A stretch of DNA of 64,000 nucleotides. Source: Sminthopsis crassicaudata (taxonomy: Eukaryota). Made by a program: the position numbers and the translations under genes. Below, piece after piece: positions 14,101 to 26,060 of the stretch. A model generated the notes under the pieces. It searched no databases and was not told the origin of the DNA. It worked only from the letters and a program-made list of their open reading frames with translations. The stretch lies in contig NC_133620.1 in NCBI RefSeq assembly GCF_048593235.1, positions 169,696,852 to 169,760,851 of the forward strand, read 5' to 3'. Positions within the stretch are counted from its first letter, which is position 1. Each line of letters opens with the position of its first letter.

Positions 14101-14774
14101 TCAATCTCTTTAAGAAAATAAATGTATGTAAATATTTTAAGCAGAGTTTTAAATAATTAACAGCTCAGTCCATGCTTTGCTTTACTATTCTAGAAACATG
14201 TAGAAAATAACTATCCTAGGAGGACAAGCATGGATGAATTGGGAAGAAGTGTTACAGGGTTATGCTAACCATGTTTTGAAGTCTTGATTTTACCTTGCTG
14301 CTGAAGCTTAGGAAAGAAAAGCAACACAAACTCTACCAGTATGAAGATATCAGAGCTGAGTGGATAATTTTGAATCAAACCATGATGATTATAAGGTTAA
14401 GAGACAAGACTTCAAGGGGCAGTAAATCCTGAAGGCAGGAAATGTAGCCAAAGGACAGATTATGTGTAATTAGCATGGAAGAGAATATTGGTCACACATG
14501 GGTATTTTCATCATCATTTGCATATCATGATGTTATTTTACATTTTTGACAGGAGAGACAATAATGTACATTTTTCTGTTCCTAATACACTATATTAAAA
14601 AATTCCAAGAGATTATTTTTTGTATTTATGACCAATAAACTATTTCAATCATAGGAAAAATAAAGTTCTGAGATCAACTAATAATTTTGATGTCTCATAA
14701 AATTATCACTAAATACTTTATGATAAGAAGTGAAATATTTCAGCTAATTGAAACTTCATTAAAAATTAAGCACA

Positions 14775-15469
14775 CCCTGGGCTTATATCTCAAAGAGATC
14801 TTAAAGAAGGGAAAGGGATCTGTATGTGCAAAAATGTTTGTTGCAGCCCTCTTTGTAGTGACCAGAAACTGGAAACTAAGTGGATGCTCATCAATTGGAG
14901 AATGGCTGAATAAATTGTGGTACAGGGATATTATGGAATATTACTGTTCTGTAAGAAATGACCAACAGGATGATTTCAGAAAGGCCTGTAGAGACTTACA
15001 TGAACTGATGCTGAATTAAATGAGAAGGACCAGGAGATCATTATATACTTCAACAACAATACTATATGATGATCAATTCTGATGGATATGACCCTCATCA
15101 ACAATGAGATGAACCAAATCAATTCCAATAGAGCAGTAATGAACTGAACCAGCTACACCCAGTGAAAGAACTCTGGGAGATGACTATGAACAACTACATA
15201 GAGTTCCCAATCACTCTATTTTTGTCTGCCTACATATTTTATTTCCTTCACAGGCTAATTGTATACTATTTCAAAGTCCGATTCTTTTTGTACAGCAAAA
15301 TAACTGAATAAATTATATATATTTATTCTTTAACATATTTAACATGTATTAGTCAACCTGACATCTGGTGGAGGGGAGGAGGGGAAAATTAGAACAAAAG
15401 GTTTGGCAATTGTCAATGCTGTAAAATTACCCATGCATATTGCATATATCTGGTAAATAAAAAACTATA
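14775..15469 (+). mobile_element. 5'-truncated L1 with 14-bp TSD (1 mismatch)
   Basis: ORF2 tail LKKGKGSVCAKMFVAALFVVTRNWKL plus 3' UTR. TSD aaaaattaagcaca (14761-14774) / aaaaattaagtaca (15470-15483). Confidence 0.93.
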
Positions 15470-16200
15470 AAAAATTAAGTACAAATTTATATATATATAT
15501 TTTTTTTTTCTTAAAGCCACATTTACTTATGGTGATACAAAGCAAATACATAAAATATACTACATATGTGTGCATATATGTTATAATTTACCTCAATGTA
15601 AAAATACAGAAATAAAAAAATTCTGGCGTAATTTCATTGGCATGGGAGCTCTTCACTTTATAGTCTTAGAGAGATGAATGAGATATTTAAAAAAATAACC
15701 AGTATATGTCAGTCAATACTTCAACCATATTTCTTCTTGATATAAAGGAAGCTATAGCCATTGTGCTATACACTGTTTTACTTGCTAAAATCCCAGACTT
15801 TCCAAATTAGACACAGGGTGGCCTTGGGCATGAACCCCCACTCTGTCCTAAAACATTCACTTATGTGACCCTGCTCAATCTCTGATTTGGCCCACTCACC
15901 CAAACTTTCTCTCATATCAGCAGGTCTTGTTATCTAGAAATTCTCTTTATATTAATAGCATAGATCAGTTCCTGTTCCAAACTCTGAATTTTATCTAAGA
16001 TGTGTTTCATTTTATATACTTATTAGTAGGTTATGATAAAATAATTTTTTTATTCCTTTTAGGTATCAAAATGTTCATTTACAAGAGAGACATAATAACA
16101 ACACCATGTCACATCCTTTCATAACTAATTTTTTTTCACAAAAATACTTTTCTGGTTTTTTTGAAATTACAAAATTGATTCTTTAAAAAGGAAAATTAGA

Positions 16201-16348
16201 GGGCATCTAGGTGGCACAGTGGATAGAGCACCAGCTCTGAAGTTCAGGAGGACCTGAGTTCAAATCTAGCCTCAGACACTTAACACTTCCTAGGTGTGTA
16301 ATCCTGGGCAAGTCACTTAACCCCAATTGCCTCAGAAAAAAAAAAAAA
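16201..16348 (+). mobile_element. WSINE1, full length
   Basis: gggcatctaggtggcacagtggatagagc...cacttaacactt...ccccaattgcctcag plus A tail. Near-TSD aaaaaggaaaattag / aaaaaggaaattag. Confidence 0.92.
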
Positions 16349-17494
16349 GGAAATTAGTACACACAAAAGTTTTCCATGAGTGCAGGGAAAATTTAGTTAT
16401 ATAAGTTAATTATATAAATTATTTACCTTTTAGAGTTACTCATTGCCAATACACCATAAAAATATTTACACCATTAGCACAGCTAATTGTGGTCTTCATA
16501 AAAAAGTACATTTATATTATGTATGAACAAGACTTAGAATAGGACTTTGAAACTTTGAATTTGGAGCTGGAAAGGATCTAAAACAATCACATAAATTGAC
16601 ACTCTAATTTTATGAATTGTGAGGCTTAGAGAGCTTAAATGGCTTGTATTTCTTTCACAAATTAGTTCTTTTTCTTTTCTTTCTTTTTTAAAGGCATTTT
16701 ATTTTTTCCAAATACATGAAAAGATAGTTTTCAATTTCATCTTTGCAAAACTTTGTGTTATTATTTTTCTTCCTCTTCCTTCTCCCTCCTCCCCAAGTCA
16801 GCAAGAAATCCTATGTAGATTAAATGTGCAATTCTTCTAATGAATTTCCACATTCATTATACTGTACAAGAAAAATCAGAACAAAAGGGAAAAATATGAT
16901 AAAGGAAAAAACAAGCCAACATCACCACCACAATAAATTGGCATAACAGTATATTTTTATTTACATAATGTAATTGCTTTATAAATGCCACTGGGTGTTT
17001 CAGTAGAAACTTAGGATGCCAAAGCTTGGATTCAAAATATGTTTCTTTAATTTCAGATCATGCATTTTTCTTATTATATAATATTCCCTGTAGATAATAT
17101 CTCCTAATAGATGTACTACTGTACATTTCTCATAACTCTATGAATCTTTCCCCCACCTTGTCTCTTCCTTCTTCCTTTCATATTTTTCTTCCCTGCCCTT
17201 TCTGTTTTAAGTTTCTTTTTTTCCCTATATGTATCCTTGTCTTTTCTATATCCTACATGTGCATTGTTTTAACCTACTTATGGCACCCATAGTCAAAATT
17301 ATTTTCAATAAAGACTCACACATTCCCTGTGAGGAATATGAAAAGTGTGATTATCCTTTTTTCTTTCCAGAGGGAGAAGTCTAGAGCCCATAACACTCAT
17401 GATTTTTTTAAGGAACCTATTTAACCATCACCAACAACAATTCTTGAGGTATCCTCTCCTAGTAAATAGACACTGACCTTGAAGTATGGAAGTT

Positions 17495-17725
17495 TTTATT
17501 GCCATTCAGTCATTTTTCAGTCATGTTTGACTCTTTATGACCCCATATGGGGATTTCTTGGCAGAGGTATTGGAATTGTTTGCATTTCTTTGTACAGTAT
17601 CTTTTTACAGATAAGGAGACTGAATTAAGTGGGTTAAGTGATTTGCCCAAAGTCACATAACTAGAAAGCATCTGAGGCTGGATTTTTGAACTTGGATCTT
17701 TCTAACTTCAAGTCTGGCACTCTTT
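17495..17725 (-). mobile_element. Mar1-type CORE-SINE (RTE/BovB-like tail)
   Basis: cagtcatgtttgactctttatgaccccatatgggg tail, followed by the CORE ttttacagataaggagactga...aagtgatttgcccaaagtcac. Confidence 0.8.
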
Positions 17726-17729
17726 CCCC

Positions 17730-18077
17730 CAGCTTCTTAAACTGTAGGTTGTTACCCCATATGTGATCTCATAACTGAATGTGGGAGGCATGAAAGTATG
17801 TTTTATTATCAATAAATATTTGATTGGTATACCTATTTTATATACCTATGTACCCAGAGTCATGTAATTTTTTTTTTCCTGAGGTGGGGTTAAGTGACTT
17901 GTTCAGGGTCATGCATCTCAAAAAATGTTAAGTGTCTGGGGCTAGATTTGAACACAGATCCTTCTGTGTTCTGACTTCAGGGCTGATGTTCTATCCACTG
18001 AGCCATTTAGCTGCCCCCACTTAAAATTTTTTTTGGGTAAAAAGGGATCACAACTTGAAAAAGTTTTAAGAAGTTTG
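17730..18077. mobile_element. hAT/Charlie-like MITE interrupted by WSINE1
   Basis: Imperfect terminal inverted repeats cagcttcttaaact... / ...agttttaagaagtttg. The body resumes on the far side of the nested SINE. Confidence 0.65.
17868..18018 (-). mobile_element. WSINE1 nested in the hAT MITE
   Basis: Poly(T) followed by ggggttaagtgacttg...agtgtctgg...ctatccactgagccatttagctgcccc. Confidence 0.88.
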
Positions 18078-18639
18078 ACACCACCTAGCTGGCATGGTGT
18101 AGAAAACATGATTTCAAATCCTGCTTCTGACATATACTGATATAACAATCTCACAGGGCCATCAGTTAACTAACACTAAAAGTTGCATTAAGGGATAGTT
18201 TCCACACTAGGAGCTCTTTACACTTTTAAGAGCTCAGATCTCATTTCTTCACACTCTTCCCTCCAAAAAGTGATCAGTCTAAATATAAAGTTGATCCTTG
18301 TATTATAGCTAAAGTAAATTTAATTTTGGAATTCAACAAGGTAGCTAGTCTAAAAGAACAATTGATCCTGATAATTAATTAGAAACCCTGATAACACTTC
18401 ATTCATAATTTGATGTATTTTGACATCACCAAAAGAATACCAGTTAAAAGAAGAAAGAAAAGTTTCTAATTCCCCAATTGGAACTTTCTGAAGAGAGACA
18501 TTAACTTGTCTGGTGTGCTACTATGATGAAATATACTTGTGCTGTACATGGAATCAGTGAATTCTGCATTTAAACAATCAGGCTCTTTTCTTTTTAAATG
18601 GTGCACATGTTCTCATTTAAGTTAATAAACCATATGATA

Positions 18640-19140
18640 GCTACTTAAAGGATTCAGCAAAAGAACATTTTTCCTCCTCACAGCTTTGGTATTTGAAGGG
18701 AGTTAGGCTGCCAAGCGATCTTCTGAGTGTAGTTAGTCCCAAGCTGTTTCTGGGATATAAAACCACCCAGCTGTTTGGCCATGTTGTTTGCAGAATTTTT
18801 TTCCCTTTTCCTTTTTTTTTTAAAGTGCTCACTTTCCTTTAAAATAAATTGCCATATTGGATAGGTTATTTTCATTGGCACAAAGCTGTGTGATTCTGAT
18901 ACCATTGGGTGATTTAGTAGACTTCCTGATTTCCTGTGGGGTGACACCTGGGGGGTGTCTGTCTGCATGAAAGATGAAAAGTTTCAATTCCTAATTCTAT
19001 CACTATCTTGCTGTGAGGCCCTGGGAAAACTCTGGTGGCCCACTAACTTCCTTCTCTACTCCCACTTACAAACATATTGGTGGGTGTGTGTTCATGCTGT
19101 CACAGGAAACTGTGTTCCAACCACACAATTTGGTCTATGT
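18640..19140. promoter_or_regulatory. Candidate intronic enhancer or internal promoter
   Basis: No recognisable repeat. Contains TATAAAA, CAGCTG, 4x CCAAT, 3x ETS, a palindromic T-box pair and RUNX within 500 bp. Motif-based only. Confidence 0.45.
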
Positions 19141-22100
19141 TTATCTATTTTTTAAAGATTAAAACAAATTTTGCCCTGCTTTAAAAAATTCTCTGCATAC
19201 AAATAAAGTGAAACATATGAAACCAATTCCTTTCATGCCCAAATCACTGACATGGAAAAAAGTTAGGCACAAAAAAGACTTTAAATTGTACCCTCCCACA
19301 CAATGCAACATTTCTTGGTGTAGACAAGTTAAATAAATCAGGCTGTCTTCAATTTTAAAATGTTTCTTAGGAGGAGACTTTGTAGACACAGAAGGCAGTC
19401 CTCTGTGCCTCCATATTTCTTTGAATAAGAAAGCTTATAAATAGCTGATGCTACAAATAACCAGATTTTGGATGGCACAGTGCTGTCTAGGGCACTTTTA
19501 TCTTCCTTTGTCAGGTTATCTAAAGACCTTAGTGCTATGCAAGCCTGGAAGAAAGACTAGGAAGGTGTAGGCATCATTTACAAATGTACTGACACTAGTC
19601 AACTAAGGTAAGCAATCAATCAACAAACATTTGTTAAGCACTAAGGGAAAGGAGCCAGACATTGGGCTGAATCCAAAGGAGAAAAAGAAAAAAGCAAACA
19701 CAGATAATGCCCTGATGATGTGAGAATGGCCACACAGCCCTGATATTAATAGGTAAATTGATCAGGCACAGTTATTCAACAACAGAAGTTATTGAAGGTA
19801 TATCTTTTTTTCTATTGAACAGTTTTTAAATAAGAAATTGAACATCCTGGCTGTTTAAGGCAAGTGAACTAATTAATCATTATTAGAATATAAATAGCCA
19901 CGACAGGAGATTGGAGAAATGTTAATGTGGGTGTAGTAGCATAATATCTACTAGTTAAATTTGTTGGAAAATAGAAAATATTTTGCGTATTTGCTTAACA
20001 GCTCATGTAAAATGGAGGATAATTTATAACATGAGATGAGAAGTTAAGATTTGGTTATATGGGAATTTTGTTTTTGTTTTTTGTTTTTTTAACTATTGAA
20101 TCTATTAGTTTCCTGATAAGAAAATGGGTTGATTTCATCAAGCTTTACCTGATTTCTGAAATTCTCAAACCATATATTTTACATTGACATTTTAGAGCAT
20201 AAATATTTTATTAAGAACCCCAGATTTAAAAGGACAGATTACAAAAGCTTTTTAAATATTCTCTAGACTAATGATCCTAGCAAATTCATGCTATTCTACT
20301 CTCATGCACAGAAAGGAATAGAATTAAGAAATTATGTTATCCTATTTAAAAAGTGTTCTGGGCTGGCCCTGACTCAGATCTAATTGTTTTAGAGCGATAT
20401 CACAATAAAATAAAACACTCATAGGTAATTCAACAATTAATAAAAGATTTATTTAGTAATAGTAAGAACAGAAGCATTAACATTAAAGACAAAGTTGATT
20501 CAATTAAGTGAAGACCTTTTATTTTATTTGCCTACTGTGATCAGCTAAGTATTAGAAGAACCTTGGAATTCTGTTATTGTTTTATACTCAGGTGACCTGG
20601 TAGTAAAGTTAAAAGCCTGAGCCATATGTCCCCTGAGTCAACCAATACTGAAGATGGTCTCATATACGTTTTAAGGAAAAATTATCTCAATTTGTTTCTA
20701 TCACACAAAGCTTAGAAAATGTTTAAGACAGAATTTCGTTTCTAATTGTCTGCCTAATTTCCAAAATAATAGGCTTTAATGCACAACTTAGGAAGAAACA
20801 TATTTGTGAAAATTTGAAACACACATGGATAATCAGTCATATAAAACTGGTCTTTATGGCAAGAAATCAGAGTTATGTGAATACTGTAGAAGATAATCAA
20901 GTTTTTATATTTTGCTGTGGAGCAAAATGAATTCTATATGAATTAAAAAAGAAGAGGAATTATTTGCTAAAAACATTATTGAATGGTTTGCTATCATGGA
21001 AGTATTGCAGAACTCTTTAAAGGAAGTAGTCCTAGCTCCAAATCATGAAAACACCAAAGCAAAGTTTGATGAAAAGTCAGTGTATTTCTATAAGAGACAA
21101 TGGAATTTATCATATTGCTGAGTAATAAAGCAGATAATCACATCCTTAGGAATATTATTTAGACCGTACTTAGGCAGAGTGGCAAACATTAATATTGGAA
21201 ATAGAAAATAAAGTCAATTAAAAGTCCAAGAAATCAAGGAATCTATGCCTGGCATTATATAGACAAACATCCAGATAAATTATTAAAATGATACTTTCAT
21301 TTAGAAAGTTTTATGTTTTTTAATGGCTTTCAATAGGATTTTCTATAAAATTCTTCCAAATCCAATTTAATTTTTAAAAACAAATCAATTTAGTGAAAAA
21401 GTTGAACAGGGAGGAGGGATTGTGGGTCATCATATGGACAAAATAAAGTCACAAATCAATATGAAATTAAATTACATTAATTAAATAAAATTTCATCTAC
21501 TTTTCTTTTTAACTATGGTCCATTTTGTCCTAAAATATAACCAGCTAGACTAAAGCTAATTCTAGCAAGTTGAATTCAATACTTAATCATAAATGGTGTT
21601 AGCTTTCCTGAACATCACCCTACATTCTTTGAGCAGAGTAAGGTTAAAAGGCAAGTGGTTTTGGCTAAAAAATATATCTTCAATAGAATTAAATTCAACA
21701 ACATTTGGTGCATATCTATTATGTGTAAGCACTGTACTTACATAGAAGAATAAATATATATAAAATGCAGTTTTTCAGAATCTATTTTCAATCCAACAAT
21801 AATTCAAATGATAATATTATAAAATAAACAATTAAGAAAGATTCATTAATTAAAGAATTCACAAGAAGTTGTGGTTGTCAAAAAAATCCTGTAAGGATTA
21901 ATGAAAGAGGTCACATTAGAACGAATTGAAGGATAATAAGGTTTCTACGGGTAGAGATAAGGAGGCATGCTATGTAGAGGGAATAACAAAGGCAACATGA
22001 TTTTATATTTACTGACACAAGAAGCTACATTTGATTTGATAGATGACTCAACTTAATTGAAAAAGCCATGGCCATAGGGAAGCAAAGCAGCAAACATTCT

Positions 22101-22351
22101 TTGGTTAGCTAATATGTTGAGTCTATAATTTCCTAGTAATTTGCCTTCCCAATTAACAAATTTGTGATATAGCTATTTTAAAGGAAAACAATGAATAAAT
22201 AATAAATCCCAAAGGTTGTTAGTGAAGTATTCTATATCCTTTGGAGATTCAATAAATATTAACTGATAAGAGGAAGGAGAATTAACATGTATAAAGAAGC
22301 CTGAAGATTTGGAGGAAACACTTTCCCTAAACCTCCATTGCATTTACTATA

Positions 22352-24110
22352 CAATCAATAAACATTTATTAAATGCCTAGTATGTGTCAGGTGCCAAGTG
22401 TAAGTGCTAAGCCTTGGGAATACAACAAAAAGAAACAAAAGACAGATCCTGCCCCCAAAGAGCTCACAGACTAATGGGGGAGCAAAAAAGAAAACCAATA
22501 TGAATAAACAAGCTATATACAAGATAAATAGGAGAAAGGAACTGCACTAGAATTAAGAGTGGCAGGAAAAGACTTCTTGTAGAACATGTGTTTTTAGTCG
22601 TGATTTAAGTTTAGGGAAACCAACATGTAGAGATGAGGAGGAAGGCATGCGAAAAAGGCAGAGAAAATGCTCCAGCTGATGGAGTTTCTAGTTCATAGAA
22701 CAGCAAGGAGATCATTATCACTCTATTGAAGAATATGTGTCAGGGAATAAGTGTAAGAACACTAGAAAGGTAGAAGGAAGTTATGTTATAAAATGCTATG
22801 AATGATAATGTATTTTATATTTGATTCAGGAGGTGATACCCATAGGAGATGATTGAATAGTAGTGGGAGTCCCATGATCTAAACTGCACTTTAGTAAAAA
22901 TCACTTTGGCAGCTGAATGCAGACTTAATTGAAGTAAAGAGAGATGAGGCAGCAGACTCACCAGAAGGCTATTAAAATAGCCTAGGAGTGAAGGAAGACA
23001 TAGTGGGAAAGGGGCATATAAGTGATATAAGGCCAAAAAAACATCACTCTGAATGACCTCAATTTTTCTGTAATATATAATGCAAGATCCTCTGTTGAGA
23101 TGATGGGGAAATGGGAAGTCATAGGAGGTTTGAAGACAGATGTAAAGGTTTTGAAGAGTCTGTGCAGAAAGTGGAATAGAAACAAGGGTGCCAGATGGAA
23201 GGAGCTCTCCAAGACTGAGGCTCGCCAGAGCACAATTGGCAGTATGAAAATGGCAATAGGGATTCACACGAGAAGAACAATACAGAGTTAAATTGGCTCA
23301 TCAAGGGGTCAAGATGGGGAAAAGAAAAGAGAATGGGCATTACAGAGCTTACAGACTAGGAGAGAACTAATAAGTGAAGGGACTGGAAGTCATTAAATAT
23401 AGGTGAAGAGTAGGTTTGGTGAGTGAAAGGAAAGGAAGAAAGAAAGTCAATAAATCAGGGTCATATAAAGGGATTTCGAAATTCTTAACAGCACATGTTA
23501 AATTTGTTAGTGTTTGCAAGAATATAATTAGGATTTTGTTTGTGGCTGAGGTAAGATGGGAAGTGAGTAGGTTGAGAAACTGAGTGATTAGGAAATTGGA
23601 AAGAGAATCAATATATATCTTCAAATCCCCAAATATTGAAGACAGAAGTTGAGGAGGAGAGAAAAAAAAACTGTGAATTAGGTACTGAACTCACTGAAGA
23701 AGAAAATAGTGACCTGTAGATCTGTAGAAAAAGGCTACCAAGATTTTCTTTAGGTGGTATATATGATTGACATGAACCTCAAAGGAGGAAAAGTTACTGA
23801 ATGATGGAGGTATAGAGAGAACCTAGCAGTGGCAATATGGAACAAAAATTTTTCCAACCTTCCTGCCTCAACCAAGTAAGAAGAGAGGAAGATACAAGCA
23901 GAACTGGAAAGAGTGACCTGGTAAATTGTTATAAGGAGACATCTAGGTTTCATTAATAGTTAAAAAATGTTGGATAAGGGAAAGGAAAAGATTTAGAAGA
24001 ATGGAAGGTTGATAAAAAATTAATGGAATTGTATGAAAGGGGTAGGTAATGTTTGGTTGGAACTTTGATATGGGAAAGTTGAGAATAAGGAATCAGGTGG
24101 GAGGGAATGG
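22352..24110 (-). mobile_element. Long L2 fragment
   Basis: Starts with the reverse-complement L2 tail caatcaataaacatttattaaatgcc and has a purine-rich body. It explains the ORFs at 22815-23953. Confidence 0.8.
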
Positions 24111-24257
24111 GGAACAGGGTTTGTATGATGTTTTTTCTTATCTATAACTGAGCAGAGATTGAAAAAACACTGGTTTGTTAGCAAGATATTTCTGATATTT
24201 TAAATTTTTTCATATCTTTTCAGTGGAAGGAAGGAAAAGAAGGGAATAAGGACTTTA

Positions 24258-24430
24258 CAAGTATTATGTCATTTGATCCTCAAAATAATCCTGGGAGGTA
24301 TATAATATTGTCCCCATTTTACAATTGAGGAAACTAAGGAAGATGCTAAATGACTTGTCCAGGATCATCAAACTATTAAGTGTTTAAGGCCTGACTTAAG
24401 GCCTACTGCTATATCTACTATGCCACCTGT
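24258..24430 (-). mobile_element. MIR
   Basis: ccccattttacaattgaggaaactaagg...tgacttgtccaggatca CORE. Confidence 0.75.
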
Positions 24431-25429
24431 TTCTCAAATGAATGTAATTTTAAAATATTTTAGAAAACAAAGATGCCTTAATGACCTCATAATAATTATA
24501 AGCCAATGAGAAATATCATAATCAAAGCTAGCGAATGCATGAACATGAATTTAAAATATACTAATTATATATGCTCTTTACTCTATATAGTATACTATAT
24601 AGCACAACTTACTATATACTAAAAATGCAATAAAAATTATTAAGCACTTATGATATGCTAGGCACTGTGCTAAGTAATGGGATATAATTAATAAAAAAAA
24701 CAGTTCCTGCCTTTCAGCAGCTTGCAATCTAAATGGGAAGACAACACAAAAAAGGACAAAGCAAAGAATAGGGTTGGGGAGTGTGGAGATCAGAAAACAT
24801 CTTGTTCTGTTTAAACCTGGTAGAGTACCAGATGTAAGGTGGATTGAACTGAAGTATAATTCCTGCCCAATATGAGAGTGGGGGAATACATACAAATCAA
24901 TCAACAAAGATTTATTAAGCACCTGGACTAAATTCTGGGGAACAATCTCTGTTTTCAAGGAGCTTACCTTCTTTTGTACGAGTCATAGTGCACATAGCTT
25001 TCTAAGGATTTTTTTCAATGTTTAAACTATAAATTTATGATTATATATTCTTGTATATTAACCACTCCTGATGTAATGATTAAGATAATGCCATTTCCTC
25101 AAAAAAGTAATTATTTCCAAAATCCTTATTAATTAATCTAATTATATTGGGGATAATTCAAATATCTGTATAAAAGAATGATAGGGTTATTTCTCAGAAT
25201 TCAAATGAGCATGGTGCTTCACTTCATAATTTTAGACATCAGCAGCTATTTTCAATTTCCCTAAATGAGGGTATATGTGGGCATGGATTTCTACTCTTAT
25301 ATGACAAAATGTTCTTCCCAAATAGAGTTGGAAATCTTTTTTCGAGACAGAATGTAGTAAATTAGAACAGAGTTTGGAAAGTCTTTAATAAACATCTAAC
25401 TATTTGAGTAAATTAGAAGTTTACTAAGC

Positions 25430-26060
25430 CTCGCAGCAGCTCCCAATTCCACATGTGGCTAATGAGTACTGAGCTGCTTGAAATGCAATGCTTTAATCCT
25501 CCAGGAAAATGTCAAGGGCTGTGCATGTCAAACCCTTCCTTCTCCTACCAAAGAATACAGGGAAATGTCAGCTTAATGAACTGTTTAGCAAATACTATTG
25601 TAATACTGACAACTATACCCCACAGCTTAGTCTTAATAGAACTTCTACTCTCCAGCATAATGGTGCCTGCTTTTGCAGTCCTCCTGCTTCCAATTGCCCC
25701 TGAAACTTAAATTGCTTGCCTATCTCTTCAACAAGATTGAAATTCTTGCATTTGTCATTTTGGGGATAAAAAATCATTTATGTCAAAGGCATTGCCTTTT
25801 ATAAGATATTTAAACAGATTCTTCACTGTCAAAGCAATAGTTATTAATAAATCGCAGTATAATAAGAAACTCAGTTCTCTCCGAAGCATATTTGTCATCC
25901 TAAGTTTTTTTTTTTCATTGTTCTTTGCTCCTGGTGGAAGTAGTGAAAATATTAGACCACAAAGTTTTATGCAATTTCCATGCCTATCAATGTCCCCAAA
26001 GGCTAACCAGAGAGAGGCCCTAGTGGTATCAGGCATTTGCAATCTAATTTAAAGCACTAT
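25430..26060. promoter_or_regulatory. Candidate enhancer with a homotypic TGACA (TALE homeodomain) cluster
   Basis: Eight TGACA/TGTCA pentamers in 25510-25897, plus E-box, FOX and SOX cores. No recognisable repeat. Motif-based only. Confidence 0.5.

Noticed and set aside
22815-23953. Cluster of 60-150 aa ORFs
   Set aside because: All lie within a degraded L2 and show no host-gene features.
25453-26052. Four overlapping short ORFs
   Set aside because: No recognisable homology or splice structure. The region is better explained as a regulatory element.
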